Assembly (NCBI GenBank): GCA_951406725.2
Contig: OX597817.1
Span: 29,822,001-29,886,000, forward strand
Origin: Octopus vulgaris
Taxonomy: Eukaryota
Direction of reading: 5' to 3'
Length of the DNA stretch: 64,000 bases
Every line of letters starts with the position of its first letter. Position 1 is the stretch's first letter. Of this stretch, positions 53,540 to 64,000 are shown one piece after another. The notes below the pieces were generated by a model. It saw only the letters and a list, made by a program, of their open reading frames with translations, was not told the DNA's origin and did not search any database. Both the position numbers and the translations under genes were made by a program.

Positions 53540-54002
53540 TTTTTATCTTTAATCTTTTACATGTTTTAGTCATTAGACTACATCCATGCTGGAGCACTGC
53601 CTCGAATTAATTGAATCCAATACTTAATCTTTTAAGCATGGTATCTATTCTATTGGTCTCTTTAACTGAAGTGCTAGGTTACAGGGATGTCAAGTGGTGA
53701 TGGTGGTAGACAAACACAGACACAAACAGCTGCCCCCCACCACCACCACACACACATCCCTACATCACACACACCGCACACACACACTCAAACACCTGCC
53801 CACACACACGCACAAACACACACAAACACACACCTACACACACACACTCACGCAAACATCTGAGAGTAACTTAGCGGTTCAGCAAAAAGACTGATAGAAT
53901 AAGCACTAGGCTTCTAAAGAATACGTCCTATGGTCGATTTACACAACTAAAGGCGGTGCTCCAGCATGGCCGCAGTCAAATGACTGAAACAAGTAAAAGA
54001 GT
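53540..54002. mobile_element. Two partial SINE B 3' halves in inverted orientation (53540-53728 -, 53866-54002 +) around a CA-rich tract
   Basis: catgctggagcac on the left; gtgctccagcatggcc..gactgaaacaagtaaaagag on the right. Confidence 0.8.
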
Positions 54003-54894
54003 GAAATGTAAAATTTTTCATCCAGTCTCGAATGAATCACTCTCAACATTTAGAGTGAGAAATCAAAGGGTTACCCTTAAGTCTAGTATTTGCTACTTTT
54101 TTCTGATAAACGTCTTACTGAGTCAGAAATAAGCTGGCCTATCTAGCAATAGCAATAACTATGTATTATTAAAAAGTCAATCGGCCAGCTTAGATTAAAA
54201 GTGACTTTTATAGGTAGATTCGGTAAACTCATAATAGAAAACAAGATTTCCAATTCCTGACCAAATTTGTTGCAGTAAATTTAGATTAATCTACTTTCAG
54301 TTGGCTAAGACATCAAATGATCTTTTAATGGCAAAACCACAATAAGCAGTTGAAAAATTTTATTCTTATAGTCATTAATTTAATATGTCATGTATAAGTG
54401 TTACTTACCTTTAAGATATCAGAAATTAAATTCTGACAAAACATAAAAAAATCAGAAAGGTGTTAAACAGTATTCTGAAGTAGCTGTTAGGTTATGATGA
54501 CAATATATTTTATTTCATGTAGGGATCTTGATTGATTAGGCCTCAGCATCATGACGATGACAGTTATATTGCTGTTATCATCATCATCATTATCATCATC
54601 ACCGTCATCCTCATCATCATCATCATCATCATCATAGTCTCAGCATCATTACCACCACCACCATCACTACCACATCCACCATCAGTGTCATCGTAGTCCT
54701 TCTCCGTCTCCCACTCCTCCTTCTCCCATCCTTATCTTCCTCCTCCCCTCCCCCCTCCTTATCATTTTATGCATACTTCCCATGCTATCTGTTTGAAAAA
54801 GATATGATAAATCAGAGAGCAACATTATACTCTTATGTCTCTGTTTTGGTAGGGTTTCTATGGCCAGATGCCCTTCCTAATGCCAAGCAATTTA

Positions 54895-55405
54895 CTGGCA
54901 CATGGAAAAACATTCGAGCGAAGTCATTGCCAGTGCTGCAGAGTCACCTTACTGGCACGTGAGAAAGCATTCAAGCAAGGTCGTTGCCATTATTGCTGGA
55001 CTGGCTCCTGTGCAGGTGGCACATAAAAAACACCATTTGAGCATGGCCATTTTGAGTACCACCTGGCACGTAAAAGCACCCACTGCACTCTCAGAGTGGT
55101 TGGCATTAGGAATGGCATCCAGCTGTAGGAACTCTGCCAGATCAGATTGGAGCCTGGTGCAGCCATCAGGTTCGCCAGTCCTCAGTCAAATCGTCCAACC
55201 CATGCTAGGAACTCTGCCAGATCAGATTGGAGCCTGGTGCAGCCATCAGGTTCGCCAGTCCTCAGTCAAATCGTCCAACCCATGCTAGGAACTCTGCCAG
55301 ATCAGATTGGAGCCTGGTGCAGCCATCTGGTTTGCCAGTCCTCAGTCAAATCGTCCAACCCATGCTAGCATGGAAAGCGGACGTTAAACAATGATGATGA
55401 TGATG
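54895..55405 (+). mobile_element. Family C copy with an internal 3 x 80-bp tandem repeat (55126-55368); an old minus copy adjoins at ~54765-54890
   Basis: Unit taggaactctgccagatcag...tcgtccaacccatgc starts at 55126, 55206 and 55286. Confidence 0.92.
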
Positions 55406-56162
55406 AAGTATGGGCAGAGAGTGTAAAGAAAGATAAAATGAAAGAGAAAATAGGTGAGGGTGGCAAGGAATCTGAAGAGGGCTAATTAAGAGAAGAAGTG
55501 AATTGTGGGATAATGGAGGTAGGCTAGAGAGGGAGCTGAGATGGTGGGGAAGCTTTGAAGGGAGGGTAAAGTGAAGGAAAAAGGAAGAGGATGTGGGAGC
55601 AAGAAGGGCTGGAGAGAAATAGAAAGATGGAGAAAGAGTAGAGTAAAAATGCAGAGAAAGCTTCCCATGATAGGGAAGCTGCAGAGAGATGACAGTGAGA
55701 GGAAGAAAAGGAAAGAGACAGAGTTTGGAGGGTATCATACAGGTGGGGGGTCAAGACAAAGAAAAGATGGCATGTATCATATCACAGAAGTGATGAAAGA
55801 GACAAAGAAACAATAAGGTGTCATAGAGTTAGGAACCAAGAGAGGATGATGAGAAAAAGGGAGGTAGGAGTGGAGCAAAGGATGAGTGGAAGAGCAGAAA
55901 GAGAAAGAAAGGGTGGAAAGTACCATAGGAATTAGCAGAGTAGAGGATGAATTTATTAAGAGAAGAAAGATAAAGAGAGGTTGGAGGGAAGAGGTATCAC
56001 AGAGGTTGAGAAAGAGAGCAGAGAATAAAAGCAAAGAGAGCAGTTTGGAGAGGCAGGCCGTAAGAGAGAATTGTGGGAGAGAAGCATGAAAGAAGCTGTG
56101 GGTGAATACAGTAATAGCATTCTCCTAGTTAGATTTCTTTTTGCCATTACTTAAGAAGGCAA

Positions 56163-56562
56163 AGGCAGAGAGCTGGCAGAATCATTAGCACGCCGGGCGA
56201 AATGCTTCACAGTATTTCGTCTGCCGTTATGTTGTGAGTTCAAATTCCGCCGAGGTCAACTTTGCCTTTCATCCTTTCAGGGTTGATAAATTAAGTACCA
56301 GTTACACACTGGGGTCGATGTAATCGACTTAATCCCTTTGTCTGTCCTTGTTTGTCCCCTCTATGTCTAGCCCCTTGTGGGCAATAAAGAAATAAGTATT
56401 TTGCCTGTTGCTGCATTCTGAGTTCAAATTCTGTTGAAGTTGACTTTGTCTTTCATCCTTTCTTGGTCAATAAATTAAGTACCTGTTGCGTACTGGGGTC
56501 GATCTAATCAACTGGGCCCTTCCCACCAAATTTCAGGCCTTGTGCCTATAGTAGAAAGGATT
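56163..56562 (+). mobile_element. SINE family A, dimeric copy (second unit has the variant tail)
   Basis: Second unit starts at ~56395 and ends in caggccttgtgcctatagtagaaagga. Confidence 0.9.
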
Positions 56563-56569
56563 ACCTAAG

Positions 56570-58106
56570 AGGGCATGTTTTCCCTAGTTCAGGATGTTGT
56601 CATCTCCTTTGTGAGGTTCAGCATCTTGATTCCACTTTTCATCACTTTCTCCCATTTCCTCCTTTTCCACCATCCACTTTAAGTGTTTGGCACATTTTAT
56701 GCAGCTCCTCTCATCCATATGCAACATGTCTTTAGTAATGCATTCTTCTCTTTTGCAAACTACATCTGATTCTTCTTATCCATCTCATTTCTCTCAGGTC
56801 ATTTCTACTATGCAGTTTATGCAAACTGACATTACACATTCAGGGAAGCATGCATACCTCATTTCTTTCACACCTTCACAGTTCCTCCATCTTTAGAGCC
56901 CACTTGATACTATCTATTTCTTTACTACCCACAAGGGGCTACACACTGAAGGGACAAACAAGGACAGACAAACGGATTAAGTCGATTATATTGACCCCAG
57001 TGTGTAACTGGTACTTATTTAATCAACCCCGAAAGGATGAAAGGCAAAGTTGACCTCAAGCAGAATTTGAACTCAGAATGTAGTGGCAGACAAAATACCA
57101 CTAAGTATTTCGCCCGGTGTGCTAATGTTTCTGCCAGCCCACCGCCCTCGCTACCCAGGCCATGCTACCATGAAGCTTTACACTACATGTGCATGCATCA
57201 TATAATCTGCCTGTCACTTCCAGAGAGAGAGAGGCCCTTATTTCCCAACAAAGGTTATGGGCTCTCTGAACAGTTTTCTGTCCCTTCTTAATCTGGTTAC
57301 AATGCTTTCAAAGAATCCACTTCTACTGCTGATTAAGTCACCTAGGAAATAAAAAACATGTTAACTACTGCTAGGAGCAATTGAGAGAACTTATTTCTTG
57401 GGTTCACTGTACAACCTGGAGCATATGAAGGCTAGCATTGTTGGTAAGCTCTCTTAGATCCACCACACCTTTTGTGTGTCTATTACCTACACTAGACACA
57501 ATCTATGAAAATTTCAACCAGCATCTTCCTGCACACCAGGCATGGCCATTTTCACGATGGCATTAGAATCCTGTCTGTTTTTCCACTTATCCTTATCTTT
57601 CTCTTAGTTAATTTTACCTCAATGCCCTTCAATTCCAGGTTTTGCTTATATGTCTGGAATTTCTGCTTTAAAAACATGGCCATCAACTGTGGTGTTTGCG
57701 GGAGATTTGAAATAAGGACACCTACCTTCTCGTCGTCGACGGAGACTTCTCCAGTGGTAATGCACCCTTCCACGCGGTCCAACCTGAACGCTAGAAATAG
57801 CAGCTGCTTTCCCCTTGCCTTAACAAAGCGCTCACATGTCCAACTCCGTTGGCTACCTCGATCAAAAAGGCCCAATGCTCCCCTGCCTGCGCGCACGTCA
57901 CTTCTGCCCCTTCCTCTTCTGGTCAGCTCCCCAGCTGCTGACGTCATCCCACATTAGCATACAAAAGTTTCCATCAGCAGCTAGTATTAAACTGCTCAGG
58001 AGAACTAAAATAAATAGGAAAGAAATCCATTGCTGTACTCATTGTTAAATCTCACTACACTGGCTGTGTTACTGTCATTTACAGTACAGCCTTCATTAGC
58101 CACCCA
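56570..58106 (-). mobile_element. Decayed RTE-type LINE RT region, interrupted by SINE A (56914-57147, -) and an LTR-like insert
   Basis: Minus strand gives WLMKAV..VRFNNEYSNGF, WKLLYA|, LMA..QKFQTYKQNLELKG, KWPCLVCRK..THKRC and IRCSLQKRR. Confidence 0.82.
57688..57953. mobile_element. Solo-LTR-like insertion (266 bp)
   Basis: TGTGG...CCACA termini; GC/CpG-rich; splits the RTE at its YADD-equivalent motif; no TSD visible. Confidence 0.6.
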
Positions 58107-58759
58107 TGAAATAATTAATTATTTATAAGAATATATAAAATTAAGACATTCAATTTAAAATCAGGAAAAAAGTATTTGAAAATGGTTTTCTGCTTTTGAA
58201 CTTCATTCCAAATAGAACAAACCTGGTTAATTTTTGATGATGACAAACTTTTACAGTAATACAGACATGTGGTGTATATATATATATATGGGTAATGTGC
58301 ATGAGAGTCTGTTTTCTCAGAGAAATAGAGTTTCAGGCAAATGACTAGAATTTAAATAGAAAACAACGGAAATTATTACGCATGATAAGTGACTTGTAAA
58401 TTGGAAAGTCACAAATAGCTATTTTTTCATATAAAATGTTCTGCAAATTTCATGACACTTCTCTTGTGATGTTTCTGATCACATTAAACATGAGTTAACT
58501 CTGGTAAACATGCTGAAAATTTATTTTTTAGCAATTTTCTTTAACTTGATAATAGCTTCAAACGCCCTCTAGCACTTGAAAAAGAAAGAACCTCTTGTTT
58601 AATTGTAAACAAATAAAATTCTCTTAATCCATTTTAAAATAACTGGTTGTTTCAAAATATTTTATTTGTCAAGTAACTAGTGTGACTACTTCTGTTGGCT
58701 TCTAATTAAACAAGGTAACCTTTGCCACAAATGTAACTGATACAATAATAATGTGAATA

Positions 58760-59300
58760 GGTGAATCTTGTACAGGTCTGGTAAAGACTCCGCCGGTTAC
58801 GACGACGAGGGTCCCAGCTGATACGATCAACGGAACAGCTTGCTCGTGAAATTAACGTGCAAATGGCTGAGCATTCCACAGACACGTGTACCCTTAACGT
58901 AGTTCTCGGGGATAATCAGCGTGACACAGAGAGTGACAAGGCTGACCCTTTGAAATACAAGTACAACTCATTTTTGCCAGCTGAGTGGACTGGAGCAACG
59001 TGAAATAAAGTGTCTTGCTCAAGGACACAACGCGTCGCCGGGAATCGAACTCACAACCTTACGATCATGAGCTGAATGCCCTAACCACTAAGCCACGCGC
59101 CCTCACACACAGGTCTGGTAATAGAGATAGCATGAATGTTGGTCCTGAATAGAGACACAATACTTATAATAGTAGATGCTTTGGGAACAATGAAAAAAAT
59201 CATACAGATAAATACATGATGGCAGGACTTAGAAACATGCATAACATGCAGAAAATAGCACTGCTAGGCACGGCAAGAATATTACACTGGATAGTTTCAA
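58760..59300 (+). mobile_element. R4/Dong-like (RLE) LINE C-terminal remnant, split by SINE D
   Basis: LVIEIA*M..TILIIVDALGTMKK..MQKIALLGTARIL resembles the PIIVGALG..IQKxALLGTAxIL terminus. Confidence 0.72.
58785..59108 (-). mobile_element. Young tRNA-derived SINE family D (long tail)
   Basis: A box tggcttagtgg, B box gttcgattc; perfect 13-bp TSD acaggtctggtaa at 58772-58784 and 59109-59121. Confidence 0.95.
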
Positions 59301-59509
59301 TACTCTTTTACTTGTTTCAGTCATTTGACTGCATCAATGCTGGAGCACCACCGTTAGTTGAATCAAATTGACCCCATGACTTATTCTTTGTAAGCCTAGT
59401 ACTTATTCTATCGGTCTCTTTTGCTGAACCGCTAAGTTATGGGGACCTAAACACACCAGCATCGGTTGTCAAGCGATGTTAGGAAGACAAACACAGATAC
59501 ACAGCATAT

Positions 59510-59573
<64 letters not shown>

Positions 59574-59721
59574 TTCTTTCAGTTTCCGTCTACCAAATCC
59601 ACTCACAAGGCTTTGGTCAGCCCGAGGCTATAGTAGAAGACACTTACCCAAGGTGCCACGCAGTGGGACTGAACCTGGAACCACGTGGTTGGTAAGTAAG
59701 CTACTTGCTGCACAGCCACTC
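59301..59721 (-). mobile_element. SINE family B
   Basis: Matches the B consensus. Confidence 0.9.
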
Positions 59722-59819
59722 ACACAACAAATCTCCATATATCAAAGGCATATAGTTGGCAGTGCAGTGAAAGAGCACAATAAAATTAAACTTTTGAAAA
59801 TTAATAATAATAGAAATAA

Positions 59820-60013
59820 TGGTTTCAAATTTTGGCACAAGGCCAGCAGCTCTTGGAAGGGTACAAGTTGATTACATCAACCACAATGTCTATCTGGTAC
59901 TTACTTTATCAACCTTGTAAGGATGAAAGGCAAAGTCAGTCTCAGTGGAGACAGACGGAATACTTCTAAGCATTTTGTTCAGCATGCTAACTATTCTGTC
60001 AGATTACTGCCTT
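59820..60013 (-). mobile_element. Old SINE A copy
   Basis: ggtttcaaattttggcacaaggccagc..ggatgaaaggcaaagtc. Confidence 0.78.
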
Positions 60014-60295
60014 GAATTATAATATAAATAATGATGATAATAATAATAATAATAATAATTGACATAAGAATTTATAAACTTACGAAGGAACATAAAATAA
60101 TTTCTTTTTTTGAACAGTGGATCTCAAAGCATACAATAAGCTATAAATAATAGTATGTAAACATTGGATTGAAAAAGTCTTTGGAGAGAAAAATTTAAAT
60201 TTGCTGGAAGGACTCAAACCCAGTGAAGCCCCCACCCCACCCCCACCACAACCATATACACACAAACAAACACATGCATATATATATATACATAT

Positions 60296-60334
<39 letters not shown>

Positions 60335-60406
60335 TTCTGAAAAGATTCAGAGCTTCTTCCTGCATGAATTCTGGTTCAAAACATCTATAGAGTTAGTGAT
60401 TGTTTA

Positions 60407-60843
60407 ACTCTTTTACTCTTTTATTTGTTTCAGTCATTTGACTGCGGCCATGCTGGAGCACTGCCTTTAGTCAAGCAAATCGACCCCAAGACTTATTCTT
60501 TGTAAGCCCAGTACTTATTCTATCGGGGTCTTTTTGCCAAACCACTGAGTTATGGGGACGTAAACACACCAGTATCGATTGTCAAGCGATGTTGAGGGGA
60601 CAAACACAGACACACAAACATACACATATATATACATATACATATATACAATGGGTTTCTTTCAGTTTCCATCTACCAAATCCACTCACAAGGCTTTGGT
60701 CGTCCCGAGGCTATAGTAGAAGACACTTGCCCAAGGTGTCACACAGTGAGACTGAACCTGGAACCATGTAGTTGGTAAGCAAGCTACTTACCACACAGCC
60801 ACTCCTGTGCCTATACTTACAACACAGCCACTCCTGTGCCTAT
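60407..60843 (-). mobile_element. SINE family B with a duplicated 5' end
   Basis: Full B copy; acacagccactcctgtgcctat is repeated at ~60822-60843. Confidence 0.9.
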
Positions 60844-61980
60844 GGATATATTAACAAAACCTATAAATATATAAAAATCAGAAAGTAAGACTGTGTACCT
60901 GGGCTTTTCAAAATGAGATACCATCAGATGTTTGTTCTCCTCTGAGTTACAGACACTCCACTGGTATTCTTACTATCACAGATACAGTGGCTGAAGCATT
61001 GGAAACTTGTACCCGATAATGTTATTTTTAACCGGTTGTGATTTAAATAAACAAAAAGGAAATGCCCAAACTATAATAAAACAGATGCAGTAAATTGAAC
61101 ACACAACTAATACATTGACAGTCTAATAGCTTATCCATGCAACCATTCTGCTTCTACAATAACAATATTACTTGGTAACAAAAGATATTGATTTCAAGCA
61201 ATTTTAATACACTAAGTTCACAAATTTGATAAGTAAAAAAAATCTAATATAAATTACTTTTTGCTAGATTGGTCCCATTTATTACATTTTTAGTACTTAC
61301 TTCTGATTTATATTTTTATTTCATCATAAAGTCAATTTTTTCTTTAACTGATTCAATAAAACAAATAAAAAATACTATAAACTAAGAATTATGTCTTTAG
61401 GTATTGTTGCTGTAATAGTATTTTTTTCCATAATGCTCTTTCATGTCAACACATCTAAGCATTTTAAAAGAATTGAATTTATTATTTTTTGCTTACTTTA
61501 ACAATTTCTTTTCACTTTTCACTTCTTATTACATCAGTCCATTGTAAAAAAAAAAGCAGACATTAAAATCTTGTATGAACAATGATGACGATGACGACGA
61601 CAACAACGGCGATGCCGATAACATAGAATATGTCTATGGTGTCATGGCTGTTGTGTGAATGGTTGCTAATATTTCTCGATGCGTTGTGGTAATTAATTGG
61701 AAACATCCTCATTGTCATCATTCTCATCACAAAACCCCAGGCTTTGAAAATTTGTACAAACACCAAATTATACCAGCAATACCAACATACAGCAACGTAT
61801 AAATATATATAAACAATTAGAAACACTAACAATGCCTCAGGAAATGCCTGCCTTACATTCCCAAAATGCTGAGAGAATGTAGTAGAAGACTACTAATGCA
61901 AATGTACTTTGGGACATCTCCTTTACAGAGTTGGTGGCTGGAAAATTATTCCAGACTAGATATACAGCATAATTATATAA

Positions 61981-62596
61981 CGTAGGAGTGGCTGTGTGGT
62001 AAGTAGCTTGCTTACCAACCACATGGTTTCGGGTTCAGTCCCACTGCATAGCACCTTGGGCAAGTGTCTTCTACTATAGCCTCGGGCTGACCAAAGCCTT
62101 GTGAGTGGATTTGGTAGGTGGAAACTGAAAGAAGCCCGTTGTATATATGTATAGATATTTCAATATATTTCACATTTCAATATGTGACCACGTGTGTATT
62201 GTTGGCGATTTGCTTTCTCCATCTTCCCTTCCTTGGACCTTCCCTTTTCCTATGTTTCTGATGAAGAGCTCCACTCAAAACGTTAAATCTTCCTTCTTTC
62301 TTTCCTTTCCTGAGCATTCAATATACTTGTTCCAAGTCCTTGCGTTGTTGTATTTTCACTTTGTTCATGTTTGGATTAACTATATGTGTGTGTGTGTGTA
62401 TGCTTGTGTTTGTTCCCACAACATTGCTTGACAACCGATGCTGGTGTGTTTACGTTCGGCAAAAGAGACTGATAGAATAAGTACTAGGCTTACAAAGAAT
62501 AAATCCTGGGGTTGATTTGCTCAACTAAAGGAAGTGCTCCAGCATGGCCACAGTCAAATAACTGAAACAAGTAAAAGAGTAAAGAGTAAAGAGAGT
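61981..62596 (+). mobile_element. SINE family B interrupted by a Penelope-like terminal-repeat fragment (~62185-62382)
   Basis: B head and tail flank a pyrimidine-rich insert placed in the internal (TA/TG)n tract. Confidence 0.88.
62254..62288 (+). ncRNA. Degenerate minimal hammerhead ribozyme motif (G12 to A)
   Basis: gttt CTGATGA a gag ctcca ctc aAAA cgtt a aat; palindrome AACGTT. Confidence 0.6.
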
Positions 62597-62845
62597 AACT
62601 TTATACTGTAATTTTGAGGTAACACTCACTTAATAAACCTACTCTTCCACATTGGATTGACATGGCTTAGCAGAGAGATGAAGTTCACAGTCATACCCAT
62701 ACTTTGTTAAATTCTTCGGCATCCAAACATGGGTGAGGAAAAGATCAAGCCATGGTTAGTGGAGAGAACGTGTTGAGGCCTTCATCCAGCAGCTGACTGA
62801 ACATATGCAAGGAGGAGGAATGTACGTATGAATGTATGTATGTAT

Positions 62846-63395
62846 ACCATTATTTAGTTTTATTTCAAAATTTCTTACTAATAGAGAAAGAGCTGGTTTC
62901 TAACCTAGATCCAAGGCTCCTTTATTGGAATTTCAACATCAACAACCGGGTATTTTTGTATGTTGTATGTATGTATGTATGTATGTATGTATGTATGTAT
63001 GTATGTATTTATGTATGTATGTATGTATGTATATATGTATATGTGCAGATTTGTGTGTTTTGTGTGTTTTCTTATGCATGTATTCTCATGCATATAGTTG
63101 CATGTCAAGACATGTACATATATACTTAAATAATAAACTTCTGGGAAGTTTCACAGATTTTTACAGTTCCACTAATGGCTTGGATCTGCAGTCTTTGAAT
63201 CAGCTTTCTCCTTTCTGCTTTTAAGAAGCCTAATTTCTCCAGATTGATACTTAGGGAGTGTGTTCCATATCCTGGTGCCGCAATAATTACAGGGCACTTG
63301 TAATCTGGGCAGAGTAACTGTAGATGTTTCAATAGTTCAGCATAGATATTTTCTTTTTTGCTGTTATTCAGCTTTATGTTAATATCTGCTGGGCA
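62846..63395 (-). mobile_element. 5'-truncated RLE-type non-LTR retrotransposon (C-terminus and 3' UTR) within (ATGT)n
   Basis: CPADINIKLN..KENIYAELLKHLQLLCPDYK.PVIIAAPG..LQIQAISGTVKIC fits a restriction-like endonuclease C-terminus. Confidence 0.78.
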
Positions 63396-63420
63396 TATGT
63401 ATGTAAGTATGTATGTATGT

Positions 63421-63976
63421 TCAGGTCAGGTCACTTTCGAGTGCTGCTGGTAACATGTAACCCAGTACTACCTGTTGCATGGTCGGGTCATCAGCGACTA
63501 AACCGGCAACCCCACCAAGCTCGCTTGGTGAGGAGGGTGTTTATTGGTCACCCTGCGGGATGAAAAACAAAACCCGTCAAAGGGCGGAGGAACTCTTGAG
63601 AATCAACGGCCATCCAATAAATGTCTTAAAGCTGTATCATGCACGGGGACATAGAAATAATCGGATTGAATACCCGATCGCGCAGTTAAACATTGGGAGT
63701 GAAGGACTCCTAGCCTTTGTCAGGGCATCCTTCTAGGAGATGATAACTCAAGTAACTGGGATAACTCCAACATAAAACCTGTGGCTCAGTGGTTACCGAT
63801 GATGTTGACTTGTTCTTCTTTTCGGATCATGCCTGCTGTTGTTTAGTGAGTGGGATTGACTCAGTGCACAGCCTTTCCTCACTTAAAAAAATATCTTCTT
63901 GCACAGGCATTGCATGATAACAACATTGATTAAGCTTCGTGCAATGGCCATACTCGATAACGAGGGGGCAGCCACC
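63421..63976 (+). mobile_element. Young non-autonomous RTE-like element with (ATGT)n flanks/tail
   Basis: CpG-rich 556-bp unique segment between (ATGT)n tracts; gggcatccttctaggagatgataactc resembles RTE 5' UTR sequence (from recall); no credible ORF. Confidence 0.6.
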
Positions 63977-64000
63977 ATGTATGTATGTATGTATGTATGT

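Noticed and set aside
57552-57947. 131-aa GC-rich ORF resembling a host exon
   Set aside because: It is a chimeric read-through from the LTR-like insert into decayed RTE RT sequence.

Overview
AT-rich, microsatellite-dense eukaryotic DNA. The SINE families resemble those of octopus (coleoid cephalopod); this assignment is from recall and was not verified by search. No host protein-coding exon could be identified, and nearly all listed ORFs are microsatellite or SINE artefacts. The window is a mosaic of retroelements and DNA transposons: about 50 tRNA-type SINE copies in at least 6 families (labelled A-F here), a near-complete CR1/L2-group LINE (47237-51072, minus) whose ORF1 remnant carries two CCCH zinc fingers, decayed Jockey-like, RTE and RLE-type LINE pieces, Tc1/mariner elements (DD37D-like and DD41D), pogo-like and piggyBac-like MITEs, and a solo-LTR-like insert. 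The most notable signals are minimal hammerhead-ribozyme motifs in two Penelope-like terminal-repeat families (core intact at 1128-1170), a young RTE-like non-autonomous element with HDV-ribozyme-like parts (63421-63976), three unrelated retroelements embedded in (ATAC)n tracts, unusually long target-site duplications (TSDs), and a CpG drop near 5.2 kb that may mark a promoter/gene-body boundary. Repeat boundaries are read by eye and are approximate unless a TSD or terminal inverted repeat (TIR) is quoted.
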